64,000 nucleotides of DNA. It comes from the human T2T-CHM13v2.0 reference genome, Homo sapiens. This document shows, in pieces, positions 1 through 14,075 of the stretch. The first letter of the stretch is position 1, and each line of letters begins with the position of its first letter. Below the pieces are notes generated by a model. That model saw only the letters and a program-made list of their open reading frames with translations. It had not been told where the DNA came from and did not search any database. The stretch is taken from NCBI RefSeq assembly GCF_009914755.1, contig NC_060929.1; one strand, written 5' to 3'. Made by a program: the position numbers and the translations under genes.

Positions 1-740
1 TGTTTCAAACTAAATGAAAATGATAATACAACTCATTAAAATTTGCATAATGCAGCAAAAACAGTACTTGGAAGGAAATCTATAGCATTGAATACATAAA
101 CTAGAAAGGAAGAAAGATCTACAATAATCTAAACTTCTATTTTAGAAAACTTAAAAATAAGAGCAAACCAAATGCCAAATAAGGAGAAGAAAAGACAATG
201 AAGAATTAGAGCAGAAATCAGTGAAATGGAAAATAGGAAATTAATAGACAAAATCAAAAGTTAGTTCTTTAAAAAGAATATTAAAATTGGTTACTCTCTA
301 GGCCAAGAAAAAAAGAGAAGACACAAATTAGAGTTGTCCCATGATATCCCTGGGGAATTGTTCCAGGACCCAACATGGATACCAAAATTTATGGATGCTC
401 AAATCTCTTACATAAAATGGCACAGTATTTACATATAGCCTACACACATCTTCTCTCATGCTTTAAATCATCTCTAGATTACTTTTAATACCTCACACAA
501 TGTAAATGCTATGTAAATAATTGTTACAATGTACTGTTTTAAAATCTGTATTATTTTATTCTATTTTTATTTTTGCTTTTCAAAAAATACTTTTGATCCA
601 TGGCTGGTTGATTTTATGAATGGGGAACCCATGAAGATGGAAGGCTGGCTGTACTAATATCAGAAATGGAAGAGGAGAGACATCACTAGAGATCCCATGG
701 ATATTGAAAGGATAATAAAGGAGTATTATGAGCATTGTTA
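1..740 (+). mobile_element. Old L1 (L1M-type) ORF2-region fragment, split by MER2
   Basis: A-rich sequence resembling L1 ORF2; removing 331-653 rejoins ACACAAATTA|CTAATATCAGAAATG, an L1 motif. Confidence 0.75.
331..651 (+). mobile_element. MER2 (Tigger-type non-autonomous DNA transposon)
   Basis: Starts gagttgtccc...ggggaattgttccaggaccc; contains ctttaaatcatctctagattact; TA dinucleotides at 329-330 and 652-653. Confidence 0.8.
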
Positions 741-1032
741 TATTTTATGTCTCCTATAAGCTGTAAATTCCTACATAGCAAGAATTCTGTCTTACTCATC
801 CTTTAACAACTACTGTGTACCTTATAATGTTTCATAAAATATTATGATTTGGTTTTATTATTCACAAAAGAATGCTATAAGAGGTGAAAAATGGAGAGGC
901 TAGAAAGCATAAAAACAAGTTACATCAGGTGGTAGAGCCTGGTTTAAGGGTCAAAGATAAAAGAAGGGAAGGTTAAGGGCAGGGCTTTAGAGGGAGAGAG
1001 GATAAACACAGTTTGATTAAATGGCTGATTCA

Positions 1033-1423
<391 letters not shown>

Positions 1424-2458
1424 TCACTAAGACAAAGAGTAGTCGCAGTAGCAGAGCCTTGGGTGAAGCTAAGGTCCCCAGGAGATCTGGGATGTCTGTG
1501 AGGAACAGTGAGGCTTAGTCATTCAGACAAGCCAGCAGAAGTGAAGTTTAGAGAATGTGGATGGGCCTCAGGCTCTAGACATCAAAACAAACAGATAGAA
1601 AAGGCAGAGTGTAGAATCCAGACAGTGAGGCTCACAACAAGGTATGCAATTCTGCATAAGCAGATTTGAGGGGACACCAACTATGGACTGATGTAGATAA
1701 ATATTTCTGGTAATTCCAGTTAGTGATTCACTCTGAACTCACATAGGATAGTATCTCTTCAAAGGCACTTGTGTTGTAATTAAATGCACACATAAGACAT
1801 AATGCTTATTGAGCCCTTAGCATGTACCACCCACTCTTATGCATACTATATGTTTAAACCATTTAAACTCACACCAACCCCCTGGGGGTAGGTAGTATTA
1901 TTATCCCTGTTACAGATAAGGAAAGTGAGAAGTAGGAGTTAATTGGTCTCATGATCCCCTACAGGCTGGCCTTCCAGAAAAAGGAGGTAACTTGCCCCAG
2001 GATACCCTGGAAACCAATCAGAATGAATTGCCTTAAACTCTGGCTTGTAGCCCAAAGCAAGGCTTGCCCACAAGTCTTGCCAGTATGTGGTTGAACAGAA
2101 ATTAGAATCCAGACAGCCTGAGTCCTTTTCTTGCCAGGCAGGGGCTGGGGCTTCCCCAACCATGAAAGTTCAGGTGGTAGATCCTGCCACTGCTTTGCAC
2201 ACCAGCTCCCTGGTGCTAACCTCAACTGCCAGTGCTGAGCTGGAAGGATAGGGCTGGAGGCAAACTCCTACCCCATCATGTTGCTGGTGTATTCCATCCT
2301 GGTATTGGTCACACCAAGGAAGGGCCTGGACTTTCCTAATCATGCAGCTTAAAAGCAACACAAGGCAAGGCGGGGAGTCCGCTCTCCTGAAGTCTGACAT
2401 CCAGGAAGACCAGATTGCTATGTGCTGTCTTTGACTTACTTGGAGACTCACACACCTA

Positions 2459-2771
2459 CACTAGTGCCCCCTTATCTGAGGGGGATGCATTCCAAGACCC
2501 CCAGTGGATGCTTGAAACCATAAATAATACCAAACCCTACATATACTATGTTTTTTCATATATATACCTATGATAAAATTTAATTTATATAATAGATTAG
2601 GCAGAGACTAATAACAATAACTAATAATAAAATAGAAGAATTATAACAACATACTATAATAAAAGTTAACGTGAACATTGTTTGTCTCAAAATATCTTAT
2701 TGTATGTAATATTTTTGGACTGTGGTTGTTCATAGCAAGTGAAAACTCAGATGGGGGAGGGTGGCATACTG
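2459..2771. mobile_element. Tigger-type DNA transposon (MER44/Tigger7-like)
   Basis: ccccttatctgagggggatgcattccaagacccccagtggatgc start, ...actgta end. Confidence 0.65.
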
Positions 2772-4303
2772 TATTTATTTTCCTGTATCCATTAGTGTTT
2801 CCCAGTGAACACTGCACCAGGAGGTTGGCCATTTGTCTTTATTTATACATCAAACTAAGGCATGGAGAATAAGAGCTTGGTAAGGTCATATAGCCAGGAG
2901 GTGGTTGAACTGAGATTCAAACTGAGACAGTCTGAGTCCAAATTCTACCACCTCTTGTGTGTGACATTTAATGGATAGGTGGGCTTTTGTAACCAGTGTC
3001 TCTGCCTTTCTCCATGATTCACAGCACAGAAACTTGTGCATACATTCTCACTTGATATCTGAATGACTGTAACAGTGATGTAAATTAACAAGGAAGGGAG
3101 ATAGCCCTGATTTAATTGGAAATCACTGACAGAGCTCGCCCAGTAAACTCTCTACAAACAGAATACAAATGTTTTGTATTTAATTGCTAAAGTGTTTTAA
3201 AATTGAACTCAAATTAATAAATACTTATTGTATCTGTCAGTTAAACGAAACAACCAATAAACAACCAACTCTGTTTTCTAATCAAGAGGGACTGATCCTT
3301 TAAAAAAAATAGGGTTTAAAAAAGATGATATGATCAATGTAAAATTGGATTATAGACTTTTAGAGTCTTAAAAGATGAGAAAAGAGATAAAGATGAATAG
3401 ATATGGAGTAACTAGGATAAGACTCTCTCACAAACTGGACCTTAAACAGATTTAGGAAGAAATATAGGATTAGGATAGAGAAAAAGAAGAGAAAGAATTG
3501 CCTATAGGCATAATAAAAAGCACAAGTGTATCAATCAACACAGGGTATTGTGGACCAGTGAGGAAGGATCATGATCTAGACTAGGGGATTCATGTTGGAA
3601 ACAGTGAGACAAGTTAGAAAGGATAGGATGGGACATATTATATGGTTCCAAACATAATAAATGAGCACTTGAGCTAGAAAGTAGTATAATGTTCACAGGT
3701 GGTAAAGAGGTATAATGAAAAAACTATACTTCACAAAAATTAGTGGTGTTCAGTGGGTTGGAGAGAAGACCAATTAGAAGGTTATCTGTGGAATTACAAC
3801 AACCCAGTGAATTGAGCTGATGGAGAGAGATGCTCCTCCCACTACCAACACTCAAACATAAGGCAAAAATATTTATAGGTGATGAGTAATGATGAAAAAA
3901 CAAAAGAACAAATGATAGATGACATGAAGAATGGGAGTAGGGAAGACCATATTTAAGACTCTGAGGTCATTAAATGATGTAACATGTTTACTAGCCCAAA
4001 AATATATACTAAAAGAGTAGAAAGAAAACAAAAAATTTCCAAATCAGTAGCAAGGATCAAGAAAACAATCCAAATGGAAGGAAAGAACAATGTCCCTTGG
4101 AACATAACAATAGAACATAATATGAACAGTACCTCCTTCTATGTAGTGTAGATATTAAACATAGGGTGGGAAGTACACATATCAATTTCAAAATAGTGGT
4201 TTAATCTGAAATTGTTAAACAGAGAGGGAGGGAAGCAATAGAACTGAGAGAGCGTTCAAAAGCCTTTTGTTGTATCTGTAGAGTCTTTTATTTCTTAAAA
4301 ATA

Positions 4304-4640
4304 CAATCGTATACCACATGATAACATTTTGGCCAATGGACTACACATATGACATGGTCCCATAAGATTATAGTACTGTCTTTTTACTGTACCTTTTCTA
4401 TGTTTAGATATATTTACATATACAAATACCACTGTTAAATTGCCTACAGTATTCAGCACAGTAACATGCTGTGCAGGATTGTAGCCTAGGAGCAATGGGC
4501 TACACCATGTGGCCTAGGTGTGTCGTAGGCTCTACTATTTTGGTTTGTATAAGTACACTCTATGATGTTCACACAATGATGAAATCACCTAACGATGCAT
4601 TTCTCAGAATAAGTTTCTGTTGTTAAGCAACCCATGATTG
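4304..4640. mobile_element. Tigger3/MER7 (Golem)-like DNA transposon
   Basis: ggtcccataagattata motif, degenerate terminal inverted repeats, TA flanks at 4302-4303 and 4641-4642. Confidence 0.75.
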
Positions 4641-4652
4641 TATCTGAAGCAA

Positions 4653-5080
4653 ATATCTATATCTCCTTATTAAACCTTAGGGTAAGTACATAAATTAGAG
4701 AATAAGTATATTATTCTCTAATTTGCTATTGTATTATATATAATATATGTATATGTATACTATGTATATATTATACATAGTATACATGTATAATATACAT
4801 ATATAGTATATGTATATTATATAATATACATATAATATATATAATATATAAAAATATATAATATATATAATATATATAATATACAATATATATAATATAT
4901 ATAATATACAATATATATAATATATAATATATATTATATATATAATGTTAATATATAATATATATAATTATATATATATAATGTATACATATGTTATATA
5001 CATATATAATGCAATAGAAAATTAGAGAATAATATACATTTGTGTACTTAGCCTAAGGTTTAATAAGGAAATATAGATAT
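4653..5080. repeat. AT-rich palindrome: ~80-90 bp inverted arms around a (TA)-rich low-complexity core
   Basis: atatctatatctccttattaaaccttagggtaagtaca (from 4653) is the near-exact reverse complement of tgtacttagcctaaggtttaataaggaaatatagatat (to 5080). Confidence 0.9.
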
Positions 5081-5584
5081 ATTATACTATATTATATATG
5101 TAGTATAATATTTGAAAAGCTATTAAAGTAATTGAAGCCTGAGGTGAAGGCTCTAGTTTAATGTTGCACAAGAGGGAGTCCTCCAACATGACTTTCTGCA
5201 CCTCCATCCCTGGCAGAAATCCCCTAAATAATATCCATGGAGCTGGTGTGGCAACTAGATATGAGGTTACACATTCACCAAGTCTCAAAGATGTGTACCT
5301 TCTTACTGTTACTAACAGTTTAAGATTCAACAGTCAAGCTCTGTACCAAAAAAGACAAGGTCCAGGGGATTTATTCTGTAATCTGTTTATAGTGCCCTCT
5401 AGTGGCAGCTCTGCAGAGATCTAACGCAGAACTCACTTTTTTTGTGTTGAATATTAACTTTGTATCTATTTTTCAATGTATTAACATAAATTGGATTTTG
5501 TTTTTGTTACTAAGCAATATGAGTAATTCTTAACTTTAAAATTGTATTATTCATTCATTACCTACAGAGAGAAGATCATGCTGG

Positions 5585-6977
5585 TTTTTTTTGTTTGTTT
5601 GTTTTGTTTTTTTAATTGATCATTCTTGGGTGTTTCTCGCAGAGGGGGATTTGGCAGGGTCATAGGACAATAGTGGAGGGAAGGTCAGCAGATAAACAAG
5701 TGAACAAAGGTCTCTGGTTTTCCTAGGCCGAGGTCCCTGCGGCCTTCCGCAGTGTTTGTGTCCCTGGGTACTTGAGATTAGGGAGTGGTGATGACTCTTA
5801 ACGAGCATGCTGCCTTCAAGCATCTGTTTAACAAAGCACATCTTGCACCGCCCTTAATCCATTTAACCCTGAGTGGACATGGCACGTGTTTCAGAGAGCA
5901 CCGGGTTGGGGGTAAGGTCATAGATCAACAGCATCCTAAGGCAGTAGAAGTTTTCTTAGTATAGAACGAAATGGAGTCTCCTATGTCTACTTCTTTCTAC
6001 ACAGACACAGCAACAGTCTGATTTCTCTATCTTTTCCCCACATTTCCCCCTTTTCTATTCGACAAAACCGCCATTGTCATCATGGCCCGTTCTCAATGAG
6101 CTGTTGGGTACACCTCCCAGACGGGGTGGTGGCCTGGCAGAGGGGCTCCTCACTTCCCAGAAGGGGCGGCCGCCGGGCAGAGGGGCTCCTCACTTCTCAG
6201 ACGGGGCGGCTGCCGGGCGGAGGGGCTCCTCACTTCTCAGACGGGGCGGCCGGGCACAGACGCTCCTCACCTCCCAGACGGGGTCGCGGCCGGGCAGAGG
6301 CGCTCCTCACATCCCAGACGGGGTGGTGGGGCAGAGGCGCTCCCCACATCTCAGACGATGGGCGGCCGGGCAGAGACGCTCCTCACTTCCTAGACGGGAT
6401 GGCGGCCGGGAAGAGGCGCTCCTCACTTCCCAGACTGGGCAGCCGGGCAGAGGGGCTCCTCACATCCCAGACGATGGGCGGCCAGGCAGAGACGCTCCTC
6501 ACTTCCCAGACGGGGTGGCGGCCAGGCAGAGGCTGCAATCTCGGCACTTTGGGAGGCCAAGGCAGGCGGCTGGGAGGTGGAGGTTGTAGCGAGCCGAGAT
6601 CACGCCACTGCACTCCAGCCTGGGCAACATTGAGCACTGAGTGAACGAGACTCCGTCTGCAATCCCGGCACCTTGGGAGGCCGAGGCTGGCAGATCACTC
6701 TTGGTTAGGAGCTGGAGACCAGCCCGGCCAACACAGCGAAACCCCGTCTCCACCAAAAAAATACGAAAACCAGTCAGGCGTGGCGGCGCGCGCCTGCAAT
6801 CGGAGGCACTCAGCAGGCTGAGGCAGGAGAATCAGGCAGGGAGGCTGCAGTGAGCGGAGATGGCAGCAGTACAGTCCAGCTTCCGCTGGGCATCAGAGGG
6901 AGACCGTGGAGAGGGAGAGGGAGAGGGAGGGAGGGAGGGGGAGGGAGAGGGGGAGGGGGAGGGGGAGAGCAAGAACC
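5585..6977 (-). mobile_element. SVA retrotransposon (probably an older SVA_A/B/C-like subfamily; short VNTR)
   Basis: On the + strand: poly-T tail ~5585-5612, SINE-R ~5615-6110, GC-rich VNTR ~6110-6525, Alu-like region ~6530-6900, (AGAGGG/AGGGGG)n hexamer ~6910-6968; TSD GATCATGCTG at 5574-5583 and 6978-6987. Confidence 0.95.
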
Positions 6978-7479
6978 GATCATGCTGTTTTCTTTAGGTG
7001 GGTTAAATCTTGCACATTTGCATAGGTAAAATGTTACCAATGTAACACTTTAGAAATTCTGTGCTTCATGAAAAGTCCCCGGAGATTTGCCGATGCCTTT
7101 ATTTTTAATATATTTGAACCTCAAGGAAAACACTGAAATAATATGAAATAATTCTGATGAGGTTTCCTATACTTATCAGTTGTAGTTGTCTGATGATGTC
7201 AGTCAAAAACCCTATAGGGTAATCAGTCATCATTTTATTATATGAAACTTGGCCACAAAATTACTTATTTAATTTGAAACTAGCAGCTTCTTGGCCAGTG
7301 GTTTTTAACTGGGGATGCATGTTAGACTTAGCTGTGAAGTTTTACTAAAATGTAGATATTTAGGACTCACTCTAGACTTGCTGAATCTCTAATTGATATT
7401 CTTGAAATATTCATATTGGTATAGTCTTAACATACTCTTGGTATATTTTGTCTCAAGATTATTACATGTAAAAATTATT

Positions 7480-8800
7480 TTCATTCTTTTTAATCAATTG
7501 TAACACATACTGACATGGAAAACTGGCTAATCATAGTCCTTGTAGACATTGAAAATTGGCTAGTTGTCCCTATAGACATTTTGTCTAAAACTTTTATTTT
7601 GCATGCCACAGAAATAACCAAACTTTCTTGTCAGTTGCATTATTCTTGCTATGAACGCTCATCAGGCCTTTCACTTTGAAAATAATCAGTAATCAACTTA
7701 CCACGTTGTTTTAAGACTTTATCATCTACAGATGGGGTGTGTTTTCCTCTAATGCTTTCCTGAAGACTCGGCAATCAGCTACCCTCCAGAGTTGCTGCCT
7801 TCAAATAATGACTACCTCAGAAACTGATGGAAAAGAACTGTACCATGTACTTTTAAACTATTGACACTTCTAAAAATAGACTCTTTCATATAGGCTTCTG
7901 TGCTTAGCAACTTTTAGTCTGTCCCTGAGGATTGAGTCAGGATTTTCAGAACTCTAATGGAGAAGCAGAAGGCTTCATAAAACTGCTAACCCAAGCTACC
8001 GCAGAACAAGAATTAATTACATAGGAATGAATGAATGAATAGAGGGATGATTGAAGTTATGTGTTTGGAATATTGTTGATATTGTTTTAATGCTGTATTT
8101 TCTGGATATATAAGGAAATTCTTTCTTAAGCTATCTGTAACCCCATAACTCCTTATCCATTTGCTTTTGTAAACAGTAATAAAATATTTTTAAATAATAT
8201 ATTTTTCTCACTGACCCTTTCCACCTACCGCTTGAATTCACAAACTATTATCAAGTATTCTTACTTTTCATGGCAATATACTTATTAGCAAATATTCAAT
8301 AAGAAACTGTTCTTTGTTTACCAGACCATAATTGGAAAAATTGGTTATGTAATTAAGGCCTTGCCTGGAATGTCATATTTGGGAAAGATGTTCATTTAAT
8401 CAGGTACGATCAGACAATTTTGAGGAACTAAAGAACCAACACTAGGAAAATTCTCCCAGGGAAGCTGATGTGGTACCTGGCTTGTAGGCTGTCTACAGGT
8501 AAGTAAGGAAGATCAACGCTGGGAAGGACAGGAAGGGCAGGGTATTTTAGGGAACTCAAGGACAGAGGAATTTGCTGATTATAGATGCTACTGGTAAAAT
8601 CAGGTAGAGAGAAATTCTTCAGCTTGGCTAAGAACCAAAGCCTTGAAATAGCAAATAATAAAGGCTTTTAAAAGTCCATCTGAGATCCCTATGGTAACTT
8701 CCAGAAAAGTAAACTTAAGAAGACCCATATCATAAAGTAATATTCTTGTTGCTTCTATGTAAAAAATCAGGCAAACTTACATGGTTTTTCTTATAGTTTA
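7480..8800 (+). mobile_element. Degraded ERV1 (MER4-group-like) internal sequence
   Basis: Motifs such as gcagaacaagaattaattacatagga and ttggttat...aaggccttgcctggaatgtcatatttg recall MER4-group internal consensus; no ORF. Confidence 0.4.
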
Positions 8801-9858
8801 GATGTCATCTATGTTTGCCGGGCGTTAACATTCTGATTAAGATTTATGGTAAAAAAATGCTATTAATATGGTTTCTATTTCTTCTTTATAAATGATTTAT
8901 CGTAAAATTCCTTAGTTCATTATTTAATATGAATGAGAAGGAAAGAAGAATGCACTCATTCCATTTTCACACCCTTTAGGGAGAGACAGCGTATATAAGG
9001 TGGAAGGGAATTAGAGATGGTGGAGGGGAATATTGAGTCTAGGAAATTAAAGAAAGAAAATGACAGGTTAAGGTTGGATTTCAGAAATATCAACACACTT
9101 GGCAGACATTCTGAGAAAACAATATTGTTGCCCCAAAGAAGTGTTTACTCATAATAATGATTTGAGGTAAATTACATTTTCACCTACACAAATTATCTAT
9201 GATCCATTTCTTATTCCTTCTAGCATTTTTTTCTCAAATTCAAAAAAGGAGGATTGGAGAAAAAAAATAAGTTTTGAATTTGTTCACTGTACCTCACAGC
9301 TCACTTCTGGCCATATCACAGTCTTAAGCATTTTCATCTGCTTTTTTGTGAGTCCCCTTTACTTAACTCATCACAACTGGTTTTAATTACTTGGTTAATG
9401 GACCATATTGCATCCTAGACTATAAGGTAATAAATATATTTTGTTCAAGACAAAAAAATGAAATGACATTCAAATGTATCTAAAATGGAAGTAACTTGTT
9501 CTAGATGGCATTTGCTCCAGTAGGTTTTGCTTTTCCTGATTCACTGTTTGCACCTCCACGTCCCCACCCACCCCATGTAAGAGTAGGGGACTATGCCTAG
9601 AAGTACCGTGATAGTGCAGTTGGCACACACGTTTCATGGGAACTTCTGGAAATAAAATGGGTGGCAGGGGTGGAATATGAGTTTAAAATACACACTCAGA
9701 ACTGATTATTTCAAACCACCTCTTACCGTCTGAAAATTGGTTTTGTGTGTGTATTTTAAACATACATTCCCCCTTATTTTATTTCTAGAAGTTTTCACGA
9801 AATGCCTGTGCCAACCGCCTGGCATTTTCCTCCATTTTCATGGCACTTCCAGGCATAG

Positions 9859-10209
<351 letters not shown>

Positions 10210-11335
10210 TAAATAGCCACTTCACAGTGTAGCCCAGTGGTTAGGAGCATGGACTGTAGGGCTTCACTGTTCCCATCCCTGCACGTTTCCTCCCTGCAAG
10301 CAAGCTATTTAAACTTTCTGTGCCTCCATTTTCTATTCTGGAAAAGGTCGTCGTAAAGCCTAAGAGCAGCAAATGAAGAGTTTCATATATGGCCAGCAAC
10401 ACATTAAGCACTTAGAAGCTAGCTACTGTTATTATTACTACAAAATTATTTTTAGCCACTCGGAAGACATCATTCTCTTACAGAGTTCCAACTGAAGTGT
10501 AAAAGAAATAGGAAGCCATAATACAAGATATAATAAGAAACGGCAAGGTGGTAAGCTTCAGATTTGGAGGTCAGCTATATTTCCTGTCTTCTTGGTAGAA
10601 ATTAGCATTAAGTTTTAGAAAAATCAGCTTTTGTTTACAGAAATTGCAGGATAACAAGTGATTGGGCTGCTTACCTTTAACCCTTCAGTGTTGGAGGATG
10701 CTCATGTCTAGAAGTTACAGCTGGGATATCTGACACTGTTAATGAGCTTCTCTTCCTGAGAATCCTAGGAAGCCTGGTGCCTTCTGAGAGCCCCAGCAAA
10801 GGGGCTTCCCCTTATGTCATGTTTCTCTTTTTGGCCTCCACTCACTTCAGATACCACTAGAAAGGATTTAATGGGCTATTAGTATCTATTTCTTTTCCAC
10901 CATGCTTTTCTTCCCAGGTATTTTCTATCCATGCCCATGTATTGGATGGGCTAACACAAAGCCTCCCCTTTCTTATAAGCTGCTATGTATCGCCAGCCTC
11001 TGGTGCTCCCTTGCCCAGAGAGAAGCAAAAACCAGTCAGCGTTTGAGAGAATTGCCTGCAGCTGACTTCTAGGCTGGGCACTGTCAACCTTAGTTACTAC
11101 TTTCTTTCCAAGAAGCATAAGCAGATATCTTTTTCTAATGTTGTGGATTTTAAAAATATGTAGCATGTTAATCTTTTGAAGCTTTGAAAATTAAATTGTG
11201 TTTTTCCTGCTCACTTTTCCCATAGGCCACTTCTCTTGGTTTATATGATAGGAAGGGAATTGATAAGAGAATCCTGAGTTGCTGTCACTGTATATGAGTT
11301 TATCATCTCCTTCACAGTGGGCACTTGGCTCATCA

Positions 11336-11815
<480 letters not shown>

Positions 11816-13378
11816 ATTGACTTTTCTTTCCATTGAGAAGAAATTGTTTTTGAACCATGTGGGCAGGGGTATAATTCCTCCACTGTGCTTCACTATGCTT
11901 CTGGTTGTGTTATTGCTGGTCCCATAGCTTCAAATTATATAGGTGATTTGCATGAAGAAAGGGAAAGAAGAAATTTCTCTGGAGGGGAAAGACGGTGGTA
12001 AGACCACTACCTTCTTCATTTCCCTTTTTTCTGGCTCAACCTCAGAAACTAGGTCTGATTTCTGGATTTAGGGGTGTTAGGCAGTGGTTGAAAGAGCTGT
12101 TGAGACTCTGGGGTACAAAGCAGTGCCTTCTCCAGTTTTATAGGGCCAAATGTCACCTCTGAGCAGCTGGAGAGATGTTTTCTCTATTTCTGTGGTATGC
12201 CATGTATATAGTGTTTGGGGAGAAATAAGGCCAGAAGTCACATGGCCCCTTCAGCATGTGGAGGGATTTGCAGCTGTGGAACCCAGGAGTGCTCAGGAAG
12301 TGGGGGCAGCCTCGCTGAAGAGCTAGGAGCAGCAGACATCAGCAGGAAGAGCAGAGGATAACATCAAGAGGAATCGTGCCTGACACCACCCTGCATGTCC
12401 AGGGTTATTTCTGGGAAAGCCAAAGCCTAAGGGGTATTGGGTTTGCTCAAGACTCAAGTCACCTATGGGTAGGTGGTGGCCAATAATCCGGCAAAGTGGG
12501 GCTAAAGACAAACTAGACAGCTTGGGCATGAGGTTTGAAAATAGGAGGTCTGGGATGTTTGGGTTACAGTCAAAAAACTAACATGGCTTTAGCAACTTCA
12601 CTGAACCAAGTCATAAAATTTGTTTCTCTTTCGTGGCTCCAATACTTTGGTGCTCTTAGTACTCTCCAAATATAGATCAGAGATGCAGGAGAAATCAACT
12701 TTTAGCAAGCTGAATGAATGATCTTCTAGTGATTAACTCTTCTCTAAGTTTTAAGTGAAAAGCAGCAGGCGTCATGGTGAGTGTGAGTATCCTGTGTTGA
12801 ACTGGATCATTCGTGTAGGTTTGGGGAGCTCTAGTGAGCATTATGGTGCCTTTCTTCCTGGAACACCAAGTTTTAGGCAGTAGCTACAAGTACAGCGATT
12901 AGTTACAGAAAGCAGTTATTAGCACACTTGCTCTATTTTACTACCACTTAAAAGCAATTAAGATGGAGAAAATATAAGCCAGACTTCTCATTAGAGGTTT
13001 AGAGAATATGTTAAACAAAACTTTACCTTTCTTCCAAAACCAGGGAATTGTTCCTATTATCAGATAGAAGTGAAGTTTCTATGCAAAGAAAGCTGAGATA
13101 CTTAGTCCATTGTTCTAAAGAGCATTTTTTCTTTTAGTGGTCCAAGAAATGTCACTAGTTTCCCCAAAAAGGTCCTCTGGTTAAATACTGGTAACCAATG
13201 AGTTAAGTAATGTTAAACCGGTTTGATTACTGACTTTTTGAAGACTTTAATATGCCCACATATGTGGTCTGATTCCATGATAGAGGAATGTGAATACGCA
13301 CCTCATGGACAAATACATTCAGGACGCTGCCAGTACATTTTGTAGAAGGCTGGTGCTCTAGAATGTAATTTCAAAAAT

Positions 13379-13682
<304 letters not shown>

Positions 13683-13689
13683 GTCATAT

Positions 13690-14075
13690 GTGATAGACAT
13701 GGAGAAGCACCACCTAGGTCCCCTTTCAAGGAGGACTTGCTGTCCACCTGCAGGCAGTGTGACAGCAGACTGTTTCAGCTGTCTGCTTCTTCACACTCTG
13801 CCACCACTGCAAAGAGCACCTTGCCCTTCCATGAGCAGTCCATCTGGCGGCTGAGCGAGGTGGGTATAAAGGACCTGCCCTCTTATCCACCCACAACAGT
13901 AAATACTTGCTCCAGAGCTCCCCAGGGGAGTGGCTAAGACTTGTCAGGCCCACATCACTTCTCTCTCTGCCCAATCTTTCTTTCTCCCTTTCCTTTCACA
14001 GTTGTTTATCCCCAATCAACAAGTTGGACCTCAGACTTTGTCTCAGTATCTGCTTTCATAAAACCCAACCTGAGC
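13690..14075 (+). mobile_element. Old ERVL-class LTR (LTR16-like)
   Basis: 3' end ctcagactttgtctcagtatctgcttt...aacccaacctgag resembles LTR16 family. Confidence 0.45.

Noticed and set aside
5620-5841. 73-aa ORF MCFVKQMLEGSMLV...
   Set aside because: Standard SVA SINE-R translation present in many copies; not a gene.
6110-6525. Repeat array superficially like a CRISPR array
   Set aside because: SVA VNTR units with no unique spacers, in eukaryotic DNA with no cas genes.
6074-7040. Overlapping 70-182 aa GC-rich ORFs
   Set aside because: Translations of the SVA VNTR, Alu-like and hexamer regions; repetitive peptides, mostly non-ATG starts.
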